A stretch of 64,000 nucleotides of DNA from Chloroflexota bacterium (GTDB lineage Bacteria > Chloroflexota > Anaerolineae > UBA1429), in the NCBI GenBank assembly GCA_036803245.1, contig DAIRUQ010000002.1, positions 10,723-74,722 on the forward strand. Reading direction: 5' to 3'. The notes under the pieces are model-generated. The model was not told the DNA's origin, ran no database searches, and was given only the letters and a program-made list of their open reading frames with translations. This document shows, in pieces, positions 40,505 through 49,876 of the stretch (the stretch's first letter is position 1; each line of letters opens with the position of its first letter). The position numbers and the translations under genes were made by a program.

Positions 40505-41320
40505 ATGGGCACGGCCCAGATCAAGCCATCCATTTGTAGCATCGCCTGGCGCGACGAGCCGATCGAGGTAGTTCTGCCGATCGCGGCCCAGGCGGGCTAT
40601 CTTGGCGTTGAGGTGTGGCAGCCTCACGTGCAGCGCCATCTGGAGTCGCACGGCAGCCTGGAGACGCTCGGTGCACTCCTGGCGCGACACCAGTTGGCCG
40701 TGCCCATGGTGAGCGGGTACTATGACCTGGCGCTGCAAACCCAGGAAAGCCTGGACGCTCTGGCGACCCATGCACAGCAAGCCGTGGCGCTGGGCGCTCC
40801 CCTCTTGCGCATGTTCACGGGCGGCGAGTCGTCCCGTGAGGCCACCCTCTCCGTATGGAGCCAGGTCGTCGCGGCGCTACAACAGGCCTGCGATCAGCTC
40901 GCGCCGATGGGGCTGGCCATCGCCTTGGAGACCCACGAGGGCAACCTGCACGACGCCACCCCCAGTACGCTTCGCCTGCTAGAGCGCGTGGATCGCCCCA
41001 ACCTCTGCATCAACCTGGATATCTTTAACCTGTATGCCATCGGCGAGGATCCTTGCGAGGCCTGGCTGCGGTTGCGCCCCCACGTGCGCATGATCCACCT
41101 CAAAAACGCCGTGCGCCAGGGCCAGAGCCGTCGCCTGGGCATCCCGCTAACCGAGGGCGAGATGCCGTATAGACCGTTTCTGGATGCAGTTGGCGGTAGC
41201 GACTATGACAGGTTCGCCTCGGTAGAGTGGTTCGGACCCGAGCCAGCCCAAGCGGCCGTTGGCGAAATCAGCTATCTCCGCCAGGAGCTGGGAGGTCGCC
41301 TTGCGCAACGGCCCGCCTGA
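40505..41320 (+). CDS. Sugar phosphate isomerase/epimerase (xylose isomerase-like TIM barrel)
   Basis: 271 aa. GYLGVEVW...LALETHEGNLHD...RMIHLKN pattern of the AP_endonuc_2 family. Confidence 0.75.
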   Translation: MGTAQIKPSICSIAWRDEPIEVVLPIAAQAGYLGVEVWQPHVQRHLESHGSLETLGALLARHQLAVPMVSGYYDLALQTQESLDALATHAQQAVALGAPLLRMFTGGESSREATLSVWSQVVAALQQACDQLAPMGLAIALETHEGNLHDATPSTLRLLERVDRPNLCINLDIFNLYAIGEDPCEAWLRLRPHVRMIHLKNAVRQGQSRRLGIPLTEGEMPYRPFLDAVGGSDYDRFASVEWFGPEPAQAAVGEISYLRQELGGRLAQRPA

Positions 41321-43124
41321 TCGCTGCGACGTCCTGATCATCGGCGGCGGCGGGGCGGCGCTGCGGGCGGCCATCGCTGCTCACGAGGCGAATCGCTCGC
41401 TGGGCATCCTGCTCGTCACCAAGGGTACCCTCGGCGCCAGCGGCGTAACCGCCACGGCTTGCTCTGACCGCATGGCGTTTCACGCCACCCTCCCCACCAC
41501 CGAGCCTGGCGGCCCCGACGCCTGGCGCTATCATGCTGACGATATCTATCGCATCGGCGGCTATGTGAGCGACTGGGATCTGGCCGAGGTGCTGGCGCGT
41601 GAGGCCGCGGGAGCCTTTACCTACCTCGAGTCGCTAGGCGTGCCCTGGGCACGCAACCCCGACGGCAGCCCAGCGCAGTTTGTCACCGATGGCTCAGCCT
41701 ATGCCCGCGCCTGCTACACGGGGCCACACACCGCCAACGAGATCGAGGCCGCCCTGCTGGCGCGGTTGCGGCAGCTTCCCGTTCGCGTGCGCGAACACAC
41801 CATGGTCGCCGAGCTGCTGCGCGATAGCAACGGCGACCTAAGCGGCGCCATCCTCGTATCCGAAGCAGCGCCGGTAGCCGCCATCGTCTCCGCTCCTACA
41901 GTAATCCTGGCGACCGGGGGCGCCGGTCGTGCCTTTGCGGTCAACGTCTTCCCGCCCGACTGCACCGGCGACGGCTATGCCATGGCGTTTCGGGCCGGCG
42001 CCGAGCTGGTCAATCTAGAGTTCATCCAGTTTGGCCTCTGTTCTCTGGCGACGGGGCTGGCCTGCTCGGGAAGCATGATGCGGGCGCTGCCGCGACTGGT
42101 CAACGACCTGGATGAGCCGTTCTTGCAACGCTATCTCGGCCCCGAGCAGCGCAATACGGCTTGCGATCTTCTCTACGCCAAAGGCGCCAGCTGGCCCGTC
42201 TCCTGGGAAGAGCCCACCCACATCATCGACATCGCGGTCTCGGCCGAGCTAGCCCGCGGCCGGCGCGTGTACCTGGACTATGGACGGAATCCGGTCGGGT
42301 ATGCACCGACCGCGCTGGCCCAGCAGATTCGCCGTTGGTACCAGGATCGGGGCTATGCGCTCACCCCCACGGACACCCCGCTGGATCGGTTGCGGGCCAT
42401 CAATCCCCAGTCGATCGCCTGGCTGGCCGAACGGGGCCTGGATCTCGCTCGCGACGCCGCCATCGAAATTGCACCGGCGGCCCAGCACTTTCAGGGGGGC
42501 GTCAAGATCGGCCCAGATGGCGGCACCAGCGTACCAGGCCTCTATGCCGCCGGCGAGGCCGCAGGAGGACAGCACGGCGCCAACCGGCCGGGCGGCAACG
42601 CTCTGCTGGATAGCCAGGTCTTTGGGGGGATCGCGGGGCGATCAGCCGCGGCGAGAGCCTCGGCCACGGCGACGCCGGAGACGCCGGCGCACACAGACCC
42701 GCTGGAGGTCATCGCCAGCATGACCGGCGCACGGGGAGCATCGCCCACGGCCGTGATCGAGCAGGTTGGCCAGTGCATGTCAGCCACCTGCGCCGTCCAC
42801 CGAACCAAAGCGGGGCTCTTGCAGGCTCTGGCCAAGCTCGACGCACTGCTGCGCCAGGGTGTGGCCTTGGATGCGAATCAGCCCAACCTCTCGCTGGAGG
42901 CGATCAACGTGCTTCAGGTGGCCAGCCTGGTGATTCGAGCCGCGCTGGGCCGCGATGAAAGCCGCGGTCCCCATCTCCGCTTTGCCGACGAGCAAAGCAC
43001 CGCGCCGCACCCGCGCGATGACGCGCGCTGGTGTCGCTACCAGGTGCTAGAGGCCGATCGCGTTGGACGCCCCTGGCGTGGTGTCCGCATCGCTATACGA
43101 GAACCCGTTCGTAAGCCTGGCTAG
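41259..43124 (+). CDS. FAD-dependent oxidoreductase of the succinate dehydrogenase/fumarate reductase/L-aspartate oxidase flavoprotein family
   Basis: CDVLIIGGGGAALRAAIAA dinucleotide-binding motif and a C-terminal GLYAAGEAAGGQHGANRPGGNALLDSQVFG motif. Start is uncertain; the listed ATG overlaps the upstream gene by 62 nt. Confidence 0.8.
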   Translation: MAKSAISARSWEVALRNGPPDRCDVLIIGGGGAALRAAIAAHEANRSLGILLVTKGTLGASGVTATACSDRMAFHATLPTTEPGGPDAWRYHADDIYRIGGYVSDWDLAEVLAREAAGAFTYLESLGVPWARNPDGSPAQFVTDGSAYARACYTGPHTANEIEAALLARLRQLPVRVREHTMVAELLRDSNGDLSGAILVSEAAPVAAIVSAPTVILATGGAGRAFAVNVFPPDCTGDGYAMAFRAGAELVNLEFIQFGLCSLATGLACSGSMMRALPRLVNDLDEPFLQRYLGPEQRNTACDLLYAKGASWPVSWEEPTHIIDIAVSAELARGRRVYLDYGRNPVGYAPTALAQQIRRWYQDRGYALTPTDTPLDRLRAINPQSIAWLAERGLDLARDAAIEIAPAAQHFQGGVKIGPDGGTSVPGLYAAGEAAGGQHGANRPGGNALLDSQVFGGIAGRSAAARASATATPETPAHTDPLEVIASMTGARGASPTAVIEQVGQCMSATCAVHRTKAGLLQALAKLDALLRQGVALDANQPNLSLEAINVLQVASLVIRAALGRDESRGPHLRFADEQSTAPHPRDDARWCRYQVLEADRVGRPWRGVRIAIREPVRKPG

Positions 43125-43142
43125 CCCACGAGCAGGGCGCCG

Positions 43143-43883
43143 TCACTCCAGCCTCTCCAGCGCCCGCCGCACTTTTTGGACGCAGGCGTCAGTCTGGCAC
43201 ATGATCTCTGCCCGCGAGAGGTACAGCCACACCCAGGCCATCTGGTCAACGTCGGCAGAGGCATAAGCCAGCGTCGCTTCAGACACGGTCTCGCCGGCAC
43301 AGTCGATGGCCACGCCGCCGCGACGCGCCGGCACCGCCACATCCGCCACACAGTGCCCGTTCTCGTGCAAGAGCACGTGGTCGCGATAGGCATCAAGCCC
43401 CTCTTCGTGCAGCGCCTGCCAGAGCCGATCCTTGGCCGTCTCGCGCAGCCAGAGATCGTTGATCTCGTGCGCCGCCAACAGCCGATCCAGGGTGGTATGG
43501 ATAAAGGTGACGCGGCGTAGCTTGGCCGCGGCGATGGGCCGGGGAAGGCTGTGGAGAGGGCCGAGCTCCAGCTTCAGGTAGCGCTCCTCGGCCCGGGGAT
43601 GGTCGGGCTCATCGGGCAAGAGCTCTCGTCGCGTGGCCAGCCGATACCGCTCGACGGACGCATAGTAGCGAATGCTACAGCCCATCTCGCCAAATCGCGA
43701 GGGATGGTAAAACGCCAGATACTCGGCGCCTACCCGTTCCGGCGCGCGGGCCAGCGGGATGCGGTACCACCGCTCGTCTAGCACGCGCTGCCAGTCCTCC
43801 AGGCGCGGCACGATCGCCACCAGCACCCGCTCGGGATCTCGACCTTCCGCCTCTTCGAGGTACGCCTCGTCCCAGTCCATCAT
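43143..43883 (-). CDS. Hypothetical protein; the C-terminal region may adopt a restriction-endonuclease-like fold
   Basis: Start at MMDWDEAY directly preceded by GGAGGG. No confident family. The C-terminal segment (HENGHCVADVAVPARRGGVAIDCAGE) loosely resembles DUF559/Vsr-like proteins. Confidence 0.5.
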   Translation of the reverse strand: MMDWDEAYLEEAEGRDPERVLVAIVPRLEDWQRVLDERWYRIPLARAPERVGAEYLAFYHPSRFGEMGCSIRYYASVERYRLATRRELLPDEPDHPRAEERYLKLELGPLHSLPRPIAAAKLRRVTFIHTTLDRLLAAHEINDLWLRETAKDRLWQALHEEGLDAYRDHVLLHENGHCVADVAVPARRGGVAIDCAGETVSEATLAYASADVDQMAWVWLYLSRAEIMCQTDACVQKVRRALERLE

Positions 43884-43957
43884 GCCCTCCAACCGGTCCC
43901 AGATGCAGCAACGCCCTCCCAAGAGGGAGGGCGCGCTAGCGGGCTGCGACCGTGGGC

Positions 43958-44989
43958 TCAATCCACGGCGAAAAAGGCGAACCGCATCCCGACATAGACA
44001 AAGTAGAGCACCATCAGATAGATCGCGCCCGCCCTATTCAGGCGTCCCTTGGTAAGCCACAGGATACCCCACAAGATCAACCCCGTGCCAGTCTCCCAGG
44101 GCAGATCCCAACGCACCAGCGGCCCCGGCACCCAGTAGCCCGAAACCAACGCTCCGCCGCCGATGGCGACCAGCGGATTGGTGATATTGCTGCCGATCAG
44201 GGTCCCCAGTGAGATGCCGTGCTCTTTGTTGCCGATGCCCGAGATGGCCGTGCTGAGCTCGGGCAGCGCCGAGGCGATGCCCAGCGTCATCACGCCGATC
44301 AGAGAGCCACTGACCCCCGTGGACTGGACGATCCCTTCGGTGACCCGTAACACCATGTCGGCACTGATGATCGTCACCACCATGGCGGCCATCGCATAGA
44401 GCCCCCAGATAAGCGCCTCGCGGCCCGTCTTGGGGACATCTTCCTCTTTGCCCGCGGCCTCGGCCGGCTCTTCCTTCTGATAGTGCTTGCGCTCATCACG
44501 ATACAGGTAGTAGGTGTACACTATGAACGTACCAAACAGGATCAGCCCATCCCACCGCGAATAGTGGCGATCCCATCCCAGAATGATGCACATGACGGTC
44601 GTGCCGATCATGGGCAGCATGCTCTTCCACAAAAAGTAGCGCCGAAAGTAGAGCGTTCCCGCAAAAAAGACGACCATGCCCAGGATCAATGTCTGCTGGA
44701 CCACATCCGAGCCGATATTGGCGCCCAACACAATGGCCGAGGCGATCTTGGGATCCATGGTACCACGCAAGATGCCAGCAGAGGCGGTGAGGTGAGCGGT
44801 GATCTCGGGAATGCTGGTGGCCAAGGAGACCACCGTCATACCCATAAAGGTTGTGGAGAGATCAAAGTAGGTGGCCAGGCCGATGAGGCGTTTAACGGCT
44901 TGATCCGCGGCGGCTATCAGAAACGCTATCCCCACCACGCCAGCGACAATATTGATCCCCAACGGCTGTGTGTGAAGAAAGCTGAACAT
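43958..44989 (-). CDS. Sodium/calcium exchanger (CaCA family) membrane protein
   Basis: 343 aa. Two alpha-repeat regions (GNKEHGISLGTLIGSNITNPLVAIG and GANIGSDVVQQTLILG) and about 10 TM helices. Confidence 0.85.
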   Translation of the reverse strand: MFSFLHTQPLGINIVAGVVGIAFLIAAADQAVKRLIGLATYFDLSTTFMGMTVVSLATSIPEITAHLTASAGILRGTMDPKIASAIVLGANIGSDVVQQTLILGMVVFFAGTLYFRRYFLWKSMLPMIGTTVMCIILGWDRHYSRWDGLILFGTFIVYTYYLYRDERKHYQKEEPAEAAGKEEDVPKTGREALIWGLYAMAAMVVTIISADMVLRVTEGIVQSTGVSGSLIGVMTLGIASALPELSTAISGIGNKEHGISLGTLIGSNITNPLVAIGGGALVSGYWVPGPLVRWDLPWETGTGLILWGILWLTKGRLNRAGAIYLMVLYFVYVGMRFAFFAVD

Positions 44990-45151
44990 GTTTTCCCGCC
45001 ATTCCCTATGCGCTTGCTGGCGCCCCCAACCGGCTCGTTTGGCCCGTTACTGTGGATTGCCAAGAAGATAGTATAGATTATTCCGGCCCCGCCTCCAAAA
45101 GCGCCCTAGGGTTGATATTCCCTCCTCTTCAAAGCCTACGAACTCCCCGCG

Positions 45152-45180
45152 TGGACACCCCTTGGGCGCAGCCCTATAAT
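45152..45180 (+). promoter_or_regulatory. Sigma-70-type promoter (TGGACA-17nt-TATAAT) for the 45219 gene
   Basis: Direct read: -35 TGGACA, 17-nt spacer, -10 TATAAT. Sits within an unusually AT-enriched 200-nt intergenic region. Confidence 0.5.
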
Positions 45181-45218
45181 CACCTCGGTAGACTGCACCG
45201 CGAATGAGAGGATATAGC

Positions 45219-46598
45219 ATGGAACAGCTCGAGCTCGTTCGTCAGATCCTGGATGCCTTGCCCCCCCTAGACCATTCTGTGGGCGACCGCCTGCCCTTGT
45301 ACTTGTGGGGCCTACGGGGGATGCCAACCTCCAGCGAAACCATGGCCCGTGAACTGCTTCAGGAGGCCGCTGCGCGAGGGTTGGCCTTTGTGGCGGTGTG
45401 GGACCACGATAATCTGGCCGAGTCGGTGGCCGAGGCCCTCAAGCTGGGACGTCTTCAGCAAGAGCTCGGCCTCAGCATAGGTGCCGACGCCATCAAGCCG
45501 CTTTACGCCTTTTGCGATGGCAGCCCAGAGACGGCCCATGTGGACGAGGCCGGCGAGCCGTTCTTTGATCATTCCCATAGCCCGAACCGCCCCATCGGCT
45601 GCCCGTTTGCCCTAGGCCATCGCTATGCAGAGATCTCTGGCCGCATCCACGCCTTTGCGCAAGCCTACCAAGATGCTGGCCTCCCGCTGGATTTCGTCTA
45701 CAGCGACTGGGAGATCGACGGCCCGCTGGAATGGAACGATGCCTTGGAGCACATCCGCCGCTGTACCCGCTGCCAGGCCGAACTGAGCGACCTGGATGAT
45801 TTCGGTCATGTGCAGCGCACCCTGCGGCGCATCCGGGCCAAGATGCAACGCGAGTGCTTCGCCCAGCCTATCCTGCAGCGCTATCCACGCGCTCTGGTGG
45901 GCAACTATGCCGTGTACAACCACGGCGGGATGCGCTACTGGTACGACTATTTCGAGCGCGTCAATCTCGACCTGCCGCATACATGCGATCAGCGTGAGCC
46001 CTCCCGCCCCTGGGCCCACGAATACCCCGAAACCGGCTATACCTTTGGCATGCCCGTCCTCTACACCTGGTATCGCACGTATGACTGGTATGACTTTGAG
46101 AACGCCGACTATCACTGGTTCTACAACATGCTCAAGGTGGCCAGTAACGCTGGACGCCACAAGCCAGCGGGCCACACTTTGATCACCTTTGTGCACCATA
46201 CGCTCACCGATCCTCCTGAAGGGGGTGCCGAGCCGCATATTCAGCCGATGAGCGTCGAGGCCTACCAGGAGCTCCTCTGGCACGCGCTCCTTCGTGGTCA
46301 CGACGCGTTCTTTTCCTGGAGCCCCAACGACGTCGCGGTACACGAGGCGGTGGTCGCACAGCAAGTCTATAACCAGTCACTGGCCTATGGTGATTTCCTC
46401 GCGCACGGGCAGCCTGTGACTTTTGCCATCCCCCCAGAGCCAGGCACGGTGGTCTCGGCTCTGCGCGCAGGCGGTCGCCTCTTGGTGCGGCGCACCGACT
46501 TTGGGGGCGATGGCCGGCCCCACTCCCTCGTCGTCGATGGCCACCGCATCGAGGTGCCAGCGGCGCCGGGTGTCTGCCAGATCCTCGATCTGCGCTAG
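45219..46598 (+). CDS. Hypothetical protein (about 460 aa), no recognisable family
   Basis: ATG at 45219 with GAGAGG RBS, downstream of a near-consensus TTGACA-like/TATAAT promoter. Rich in W/Y/H. No motif identified. Confidence 0.6.
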   Translation: MEQLELVRQILDALPPLDHSVGDRLPLYLWGLRGMPTSSETMARELLQEAAARGLAFVAVWDHDNLAESVAEALKLGRLQQELGLSIGADAIKPLYAFCDGSPETAHVDEAGEPFFDHSHSPNRPIGCPFALGHRYAEISGRIHAFAQAYQDAGLPLDFVYSDWEIDGPLEWNDALEHIRRCTRCQAELSDLDDFGHVQRTLRRIRAKMQRECFAQPILQRYPRALVGNYAVYNHGGMRYWYDYFERVNLDLPHTCDQREPSRPWAHEYPETGYTFGMPVLYTWYRTYDWYDFENADYHWFYNMLKVASNAGRHKPAGHTLITFVHHTLTDPPEGGAEPHIQPMSVEAYQELLWHALLRGHDAFFSWSPNDVAVHEAVVAQQVYNQSLAYGDFLAHGQPVTFAIPPEPGTVVSALRAGGRLLVRRTDFGGDGRPHSLVVDGHRIEVPAAPGVCQILDLR

Positions 46599-46617
46599 CC
46601 GCGATTGGAGAGGCACC

Positions 46618-47436
46618 ATGTCATACCAAGAGCGAGACCTGATGATCCGCGGCGCCACGTTGCACCTCTACGAAATGGGCGATGCGGGGCCGCTGCTGAT
46701 CCTGGCACACGGCTTTACCGATCACGGCCTCTGCTGGCTGCGTCTCGCTCAAGAGCTGGCCCCCCACGCGCGCGTCGTCATGTACGATGCGCGTGGTCAC
46801 GGGCGCTCGGATTCCCCTCCGACCGCCTTCACCCGCGAGGAGCTGGCCAAGGATCTGGTCGCTCTGGTAGATGCCCTCGGCGGGGAGCCTCCCGTCATCA
46901 TGGGCCATTCCTTGGGAGCGGATACGGCCGCCTGGGCCGCCGCCCTGGCGCCCGAGCGCTTCCTTGCCGTCATCCTGGAAGATCCACCCTGGAATGCGGC
47001 CCTTTATGCCCGCCACGACGCCGAGCGCCGCGCCAGGGCCGACCGCGAGCGGGCCCAAGTCGAGAGCAACCGCGAACGCAGCGTCGGCGAGCTTGAAGCC
47101 TTTATCCGCCAACACTCGCCCAACTGGCACGAGATCGAGTGGCGCACATGGGCGGAAGCCAAGGCTTTGATGGCTCCCGAGGCGGCAGAGATCATTGCCA
47201 GCCCGCGAGCTCCTTGGGAGACTCTAGTCCCACGCATCACCTGCCCCGTGCTCTTGCTCACGGGCGACAACGATCTGGGCGCCCTAACCACGCCCGAGGC
47301 CGCCGCCGAGGTCGTTCGCATAGGGCGTCGTGTTCAGCACGTTCATATTGCCGCTGCCGGCCACTCGTTGCGCCGCGACCAGTTTGAACCTGTTCTGCGA
47401 GCCGTCCAGCAGTTCCTCGGCGATCACGGGAGCTGA
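46618..47436 (+). CDS. Alpha/beta-fold hydrolase
   Basis: Start at MSYQERDL with GGAGAGG RBS. HGFTDHG oxyanion region and GHSLGA nucleophile elbow (GxSxG). Confidence 0.8.
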   Translation: MSYQERDLMIRGATLHLYEMGDAGPLLILAHGFTDHGLCWLRLAQELAPHARVVMYDARGHGRSDSPPTAFTREELAKDLVALVDALGGEPPVIMGHSLGADTAAWAAALAPERFLAVILEDPPWNAALYARHDAERRARADRERAQVESNRERSVGELEAFIRQHSPNWHEIEWRTWAEAKALMAPEAAEIIASPRAPWETLVPRITCPVLLLTGDNDLGALTTPEAAAEVVRIGRRVQHVHIAAAGHSLRRDQFEPVLRAVQQFLGDHGS

Positions 47437-47521
47437 GAACGTTGCGCCCCCTCAAGCAAGCGACTAGACTGGCCCCCGGACGACAGCCCGCAGGCGACAC
47501 GCCGGGGAAGGAGATGGCACC

Positions 47522-48571
47522 GTGAAGCCCTTGCGCCGACATGTAGCCCTGGCCGTTGATGGTGGCGGAATCCGCGGGGCCATGGTCACCAGGGCGCTCT
47601 CTATGCTCGAGGAGCACCTGGGGACGCCGTGTCCCGAGCTGTTTACGCTCGTAGCCGGCACGTCCACCGGTTCGGTCATCGCTGCCGGCATCGGCGCGGG
47701 CATTACGGCGCAGCAGATGCATGCGCTCTATCGCGAGCTGGGAGGCAGCATCTTTCGCAAGAGCTGCCGTTCACGCCTCTGGCCCTTGACGCGGTACCGC
47801 TATCCCATCGAACCGCTGCGCGAGGGGCTGCAGCATGCTCTGGGTGATCTGACCCTGGGCGACCTCTGGTCCGACCAAGGCGGCATCGATCTGGTCATTA
47901 CCGCCTACGATCTGGTGGAGCAACGCACCCGCTTCATCAAGCCCTGGAAGCCCGAGTACGCACAGTGGCCCCTCGCCACAGCCGTTCTGGCCTCGTGCGC
48001 GGTGCCCACCTATTTTCCCGTCGTGGAAGGCCGCTACGTGGATGGTGGCGTAGGCTCGTACGCCAACCCGTGCTATCTCGCCGCCTACGAGATAGCCTTT
48101 TGCCTGGGCTGGGATCCCGCCGAGACCACCTTGATCAGCCTGGGCACCGGTCGGGCCCCGCGCACCCTGCCGTTGGGCGGCGCGGACCGACTGCGCCCCT
48201 GGCAGTGGTTGGGGCCGGTGTTGGATGCTTTCGGGGCCTCGGCCCAAGACCAACAGGTGCATCTGGTCGAGACCTTTTTCGGCGAGCTGGACTTTCGGCG
48301 ATTCCAGGTAGACCTCGAGGCGCCCATCGCCATGGATGATGCCTCAGCGCTCGATCTGCTGGAGAGCTATGGCGAACGACTAGGCCAAAAGCTGCTCAAT
48401 GACGAGCTAGATCAGGCCCAGTTCGTCACCGCGCCGCTAGCGCCCGGCTATCGCCAGCCCGAGCCCACGGACCTACTCAAGCCTCAACCCTCAAGGCCCT
48501 CATCGCTCCCGCTCTGGCTCGTCATGGGAGGGTCGTTGATCGGACTCTGGCGGCAACTACGCAAGCACTGA
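47522..48571 (+). CDS. Patatin-like phospholipase
   Basis: GTG start. LAVDGGGIRG glycine-rich motif and GTSTGS (GxSxG with catalytic Ser). A DGG-type Asp region follows. Confidence 0.85.
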   Translation: MKPLRRHVALAVDGGGIRGAMVTRALSMLEEHLGTPCPELFTLVAGTSTGSVIAAGIGAGITAQQMHALYRELGGSIFRKSCRSRLWPLTRYRYPIEPLREGLQHALGDLTLGDLWSDQGGIDLVITAYDLVEQRTRFIKPWKPEYAQWPLATAVLASCAVPTYFPVVEGRYVDGGVGSYANPCYLAAYEIAFCLGWDPAETTLISLGTGRAPRTLPLGGADRLRPWQWLGPVLDAFGASAQDQQVHLVETFFGELDFRRFQVDLEAPIAMDDASALDLLESYGERLGQKLLNDELDQAQFVTAPLAPGYRQPEPTDLLKPQPSRPSSLPLWLVMGGSLIGLWRQLRKH

Positions 48572-48605
48572 GTGAAATCGCATCGATCTAGAAGGAGTCT
48601 CTAGC

Positions 48606-49820
48606 ATGAACACAGATCGTCTCGCCCAACAAGCCCTCGACCAAGGACAGGGGATACTACGCCTGGCCCCCACCTGGGTACCCCGCTCGTTCTGCATCCC
48701 TGGCCGCCGACTCAAGCTGGACCCGCGCGATCTCTATGCCTTTGGCGCCATCCGCGGGGGCATCGACGAGCGGTGGTTCGCATCGACCACGCCGGCGGAC
48801 AATGGCCCGCTGACCACCCCTGATGAGGGGCTGAGCTATGCGGTGTTGCAGGATGGTGCCGAGACCAAGCGCGTGCTCCTCCGCGACGCCGTGGAAAGCC
48901 TGAAAGATGCGTTGCTCGGCGAGAGGCTCTGGTCACAGTACGGCCGTTGGCCCATGTTCTCCAAGTTCTTTGACAACCAAGGCGCGCTGCCGCACCACCT
49001 CCATCAACGCAAAAAGCATGCCGAGGCGGTAGGCGAGAGGCCCAAGCCGGAAGCCTATTACTTTCCACGGCAGGTCAACAACCACGGCGGGGACTTTCCC
49101 TTTACGTTCTTTGGGCTCAAGCCCGGCACCACCCGCGAAGACCTGATCGCCTGCCTACGCCGTTGGGACCAGGGCGACAATGGCATCCTGGGGCTCTCAC
49201 AGGCTTACAAGCTAGAGCTAGGCGCTGGCTGGGATGTCCCGGCCGGCGTTCTGCATGCGCCTGGTAGCCTCTGCACCTATGAGCCGCAGGGCGATAGCGA
49301 CGTCTTTTCCATGTTCCAGTCGCTGGTGAACGACGTTCCCACACCGTGGGAGAACCTCGTCAAGAACGTGCCGGAAGCTCACAAGCAGGACCTCGACTAT
49401 ATCGTGGATATGGTCGATCTGTCCGCCAACCTCGACCCAGACTTTGCCCGCAACCGCGCCATGACGCCGCAGCCGATCGGCGATCCTGCTGTCACTGCCG
49501 AGGAAGGCTATGTTGACCAGTGGATCGCCTACCGCTGCGCAGACTTTTCGGCCAAGGAGACCACCATTCTGCCCGGGGCCACGGCCACGCTCGTGGATCA
49601 AGCCTGTTACGGGCTGATCATGCTGCAGGGGCATGGCCAGATGGGTCCGTGGCAGGTAGAGTCGCCGAGCCTGATCCGGTTTGGGCAACTCACCAACGAC
49701 GAGTTCTTTGTCAGCGAGGCAGCCGCCAGAGCCGGCGTCGTCGTCACCAACCCCAGCGACTGTGATCCGCTCGTGATGTTGCGGCACTATGGACCCGGCA
49801 ACCCGGATCTGACGATCTAG
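48606..49820 (+). CDS. Hypothetical protein, possibly a type I phosphomannose-isomerase-like cupin
   Basis: 404 aa. Weak resemblance to class I mannose-6-phosphate isomerase motifs (ERWFAST..., HHLHQRKKHAE, VLHAPGS). The assignment is speculative. Confidence 0.5.
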   Translation: MNTDRLAQQALDQGQGILRLAPTWVPRSFCIPGRRLKLDPRDLYAFGAIRGGIDERWFASTTPADNGPLTTPDEGLSYAVLQDGAETKRVLLRDAVESLKDALLGERLWSQYGRWPMFSKFFDNQGALPHHLHQRKKHAEAVGERPKPEAYYFPRQVNNHGGDFPFTFFGLKPGTTREDLIACLRRWDQGDNGILGLSQAYKLELGAGWDVPAGVLHAPGSLCTYEPQGDSDVFSMFQSLVNDVPTPWENLVKNVPEAHKQDLDYIVDMVDLSANLDPDFARNRAMTPQPIGDPAVTAEEGYVDQWIAYRCADFSAKETTILPGATATLVDQACYGLIMLQGHGQMGPWQVESPSLIRFGQLTNDEFFVSEAAARAGVVVTNPSDCDPLVMLRHYGPGNPDLTI

Positions 49821-49876
49821 CGGATCGCGGAGGGGCGCTCGAGCGAGCGCCCCTCCATCTCCAAAGGGGGAGTTGC

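Noticed and set aside
46423-46617. Upstream in-frame extension of the alpha/beta hydrolase ORF
   Set aside because: The extension overlaps the 3' end of the preceding gene. A GGAGAGG RBS precedes the internal ATG at 46618.
47522-49820. Patatin-like phospholipase as a CBASS/anti-phage effector
   Set aside because: No CD-NTase, SMODS, Cap2/Cap3 or other signalling genes are adjacent. The flanking genes are alpha/beta hydrolases, which favours a lipid-metabolic context.
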